Of a stretch of DNA of 64,000 nt, positions 63,458 through 64,000 are shown one piece after another. Source of the stretch: the human T2T-CHM13v2.0 reference genome, Homo sapiens; NCBI RefSeq assembly GCF_009914755.1, contig NC_060947.1; one strand, given 5' to 3'. The position numbers and the translations under genes are program-made. Numbering within the stretch: position 1 is the stretch's first letter; each line of letters opens with the position of its first letter. The notes under the pieces were generated by a model that did no database searches, had not been told where the DNA came from, and saw only the letters and a list, made by a program, of their open reading frames with translations.

Positions 63458-64000
63458 TAGTAGAGACGGGGTTTCACCATGTTGGCCAGGATGGTCTGAA
63501 ACTCCTGACCTCAGGTGGATCCGCCTGCCTCAGCCTCCCAAAGTGCTAGGATTACAGGCATGAGCCACCGCACCTAGTCATTCTGTGATTTCTTTAAGGG
63601 AGCATGGTCATTTATTTTTACATACGGAAATACATTCATGAGATTTACTCCAGACACACTTATCAATATTACAAGACATATTTGAAAACCCAGATGTGTT
63701 CCCTAAAGTATATCCTGGATAGCTGAGTCACATAAAATTCTTTAAAATCAAGCAAAATATATGTATGTATATATATATATATGCATACATACACATATAT
63801 AAATTGTATAAGCTTAAGAATTCAAATTCTTAAGTCTCCCTGACACACACACACACACACAAAAATTAAAGCTTTAAGTGTTTTGTATTTTCCATTTAAA
63901 AGGCATTTTCTGGCTGGGCGCGGTGGCTCATGCCTGTAATCTCAGCATTGGGAGGCCTAGGTGAGTGGATCACTTGAGTCCAGGAGTTGGAGACCAGCCT

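Overview
Human (or near-identical hominid) genomic DNA from distal Xp (Xp22.33). It contains the 5' part of PRKX, the X-linked cAMP-dependent protein kinase catalytic subunit, on the minus strand: CpG-island promoter, coding exon 1 (46487-46652), a 38.3-kb intron 1, exon 2 (7996-8164) and the first 8 kb of intron 2. Upstream lies a full-length processed ubiquitin-RPS27A pseudogene with a 5' TOP tract, poly(A) remnant and target-site duplication. The rest is extremely Alu-dense, with L1 fragments, solo LTRs (THE1, MER41A, an ERV1-type LTR, MST/MLT1), DNA transposon relics (MER20, MER3, MER47A) and simple repeats. Nearly all other ORFs in the track are repeat- or GC-derived noise. I found no convincing new multi-gene system. 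The most interesting signals are a uORF joined by a TGATG stop-start to a spliced 98-aa ORF overlapping the PRKX start, a 283-bp direct duplication bracketing the PRKX promoter and exon 1, an old inverted duplication enclosing a tail-to-tail Alu pair, a retroposed 3' Y4 RNA fragment, and composite repeat units (MER20+GATA, MLT1 dimers) that appear to have been copied as units. Repeat family names come from recalled consensus sequences and their boundaries are approximate unless a TSD is given.
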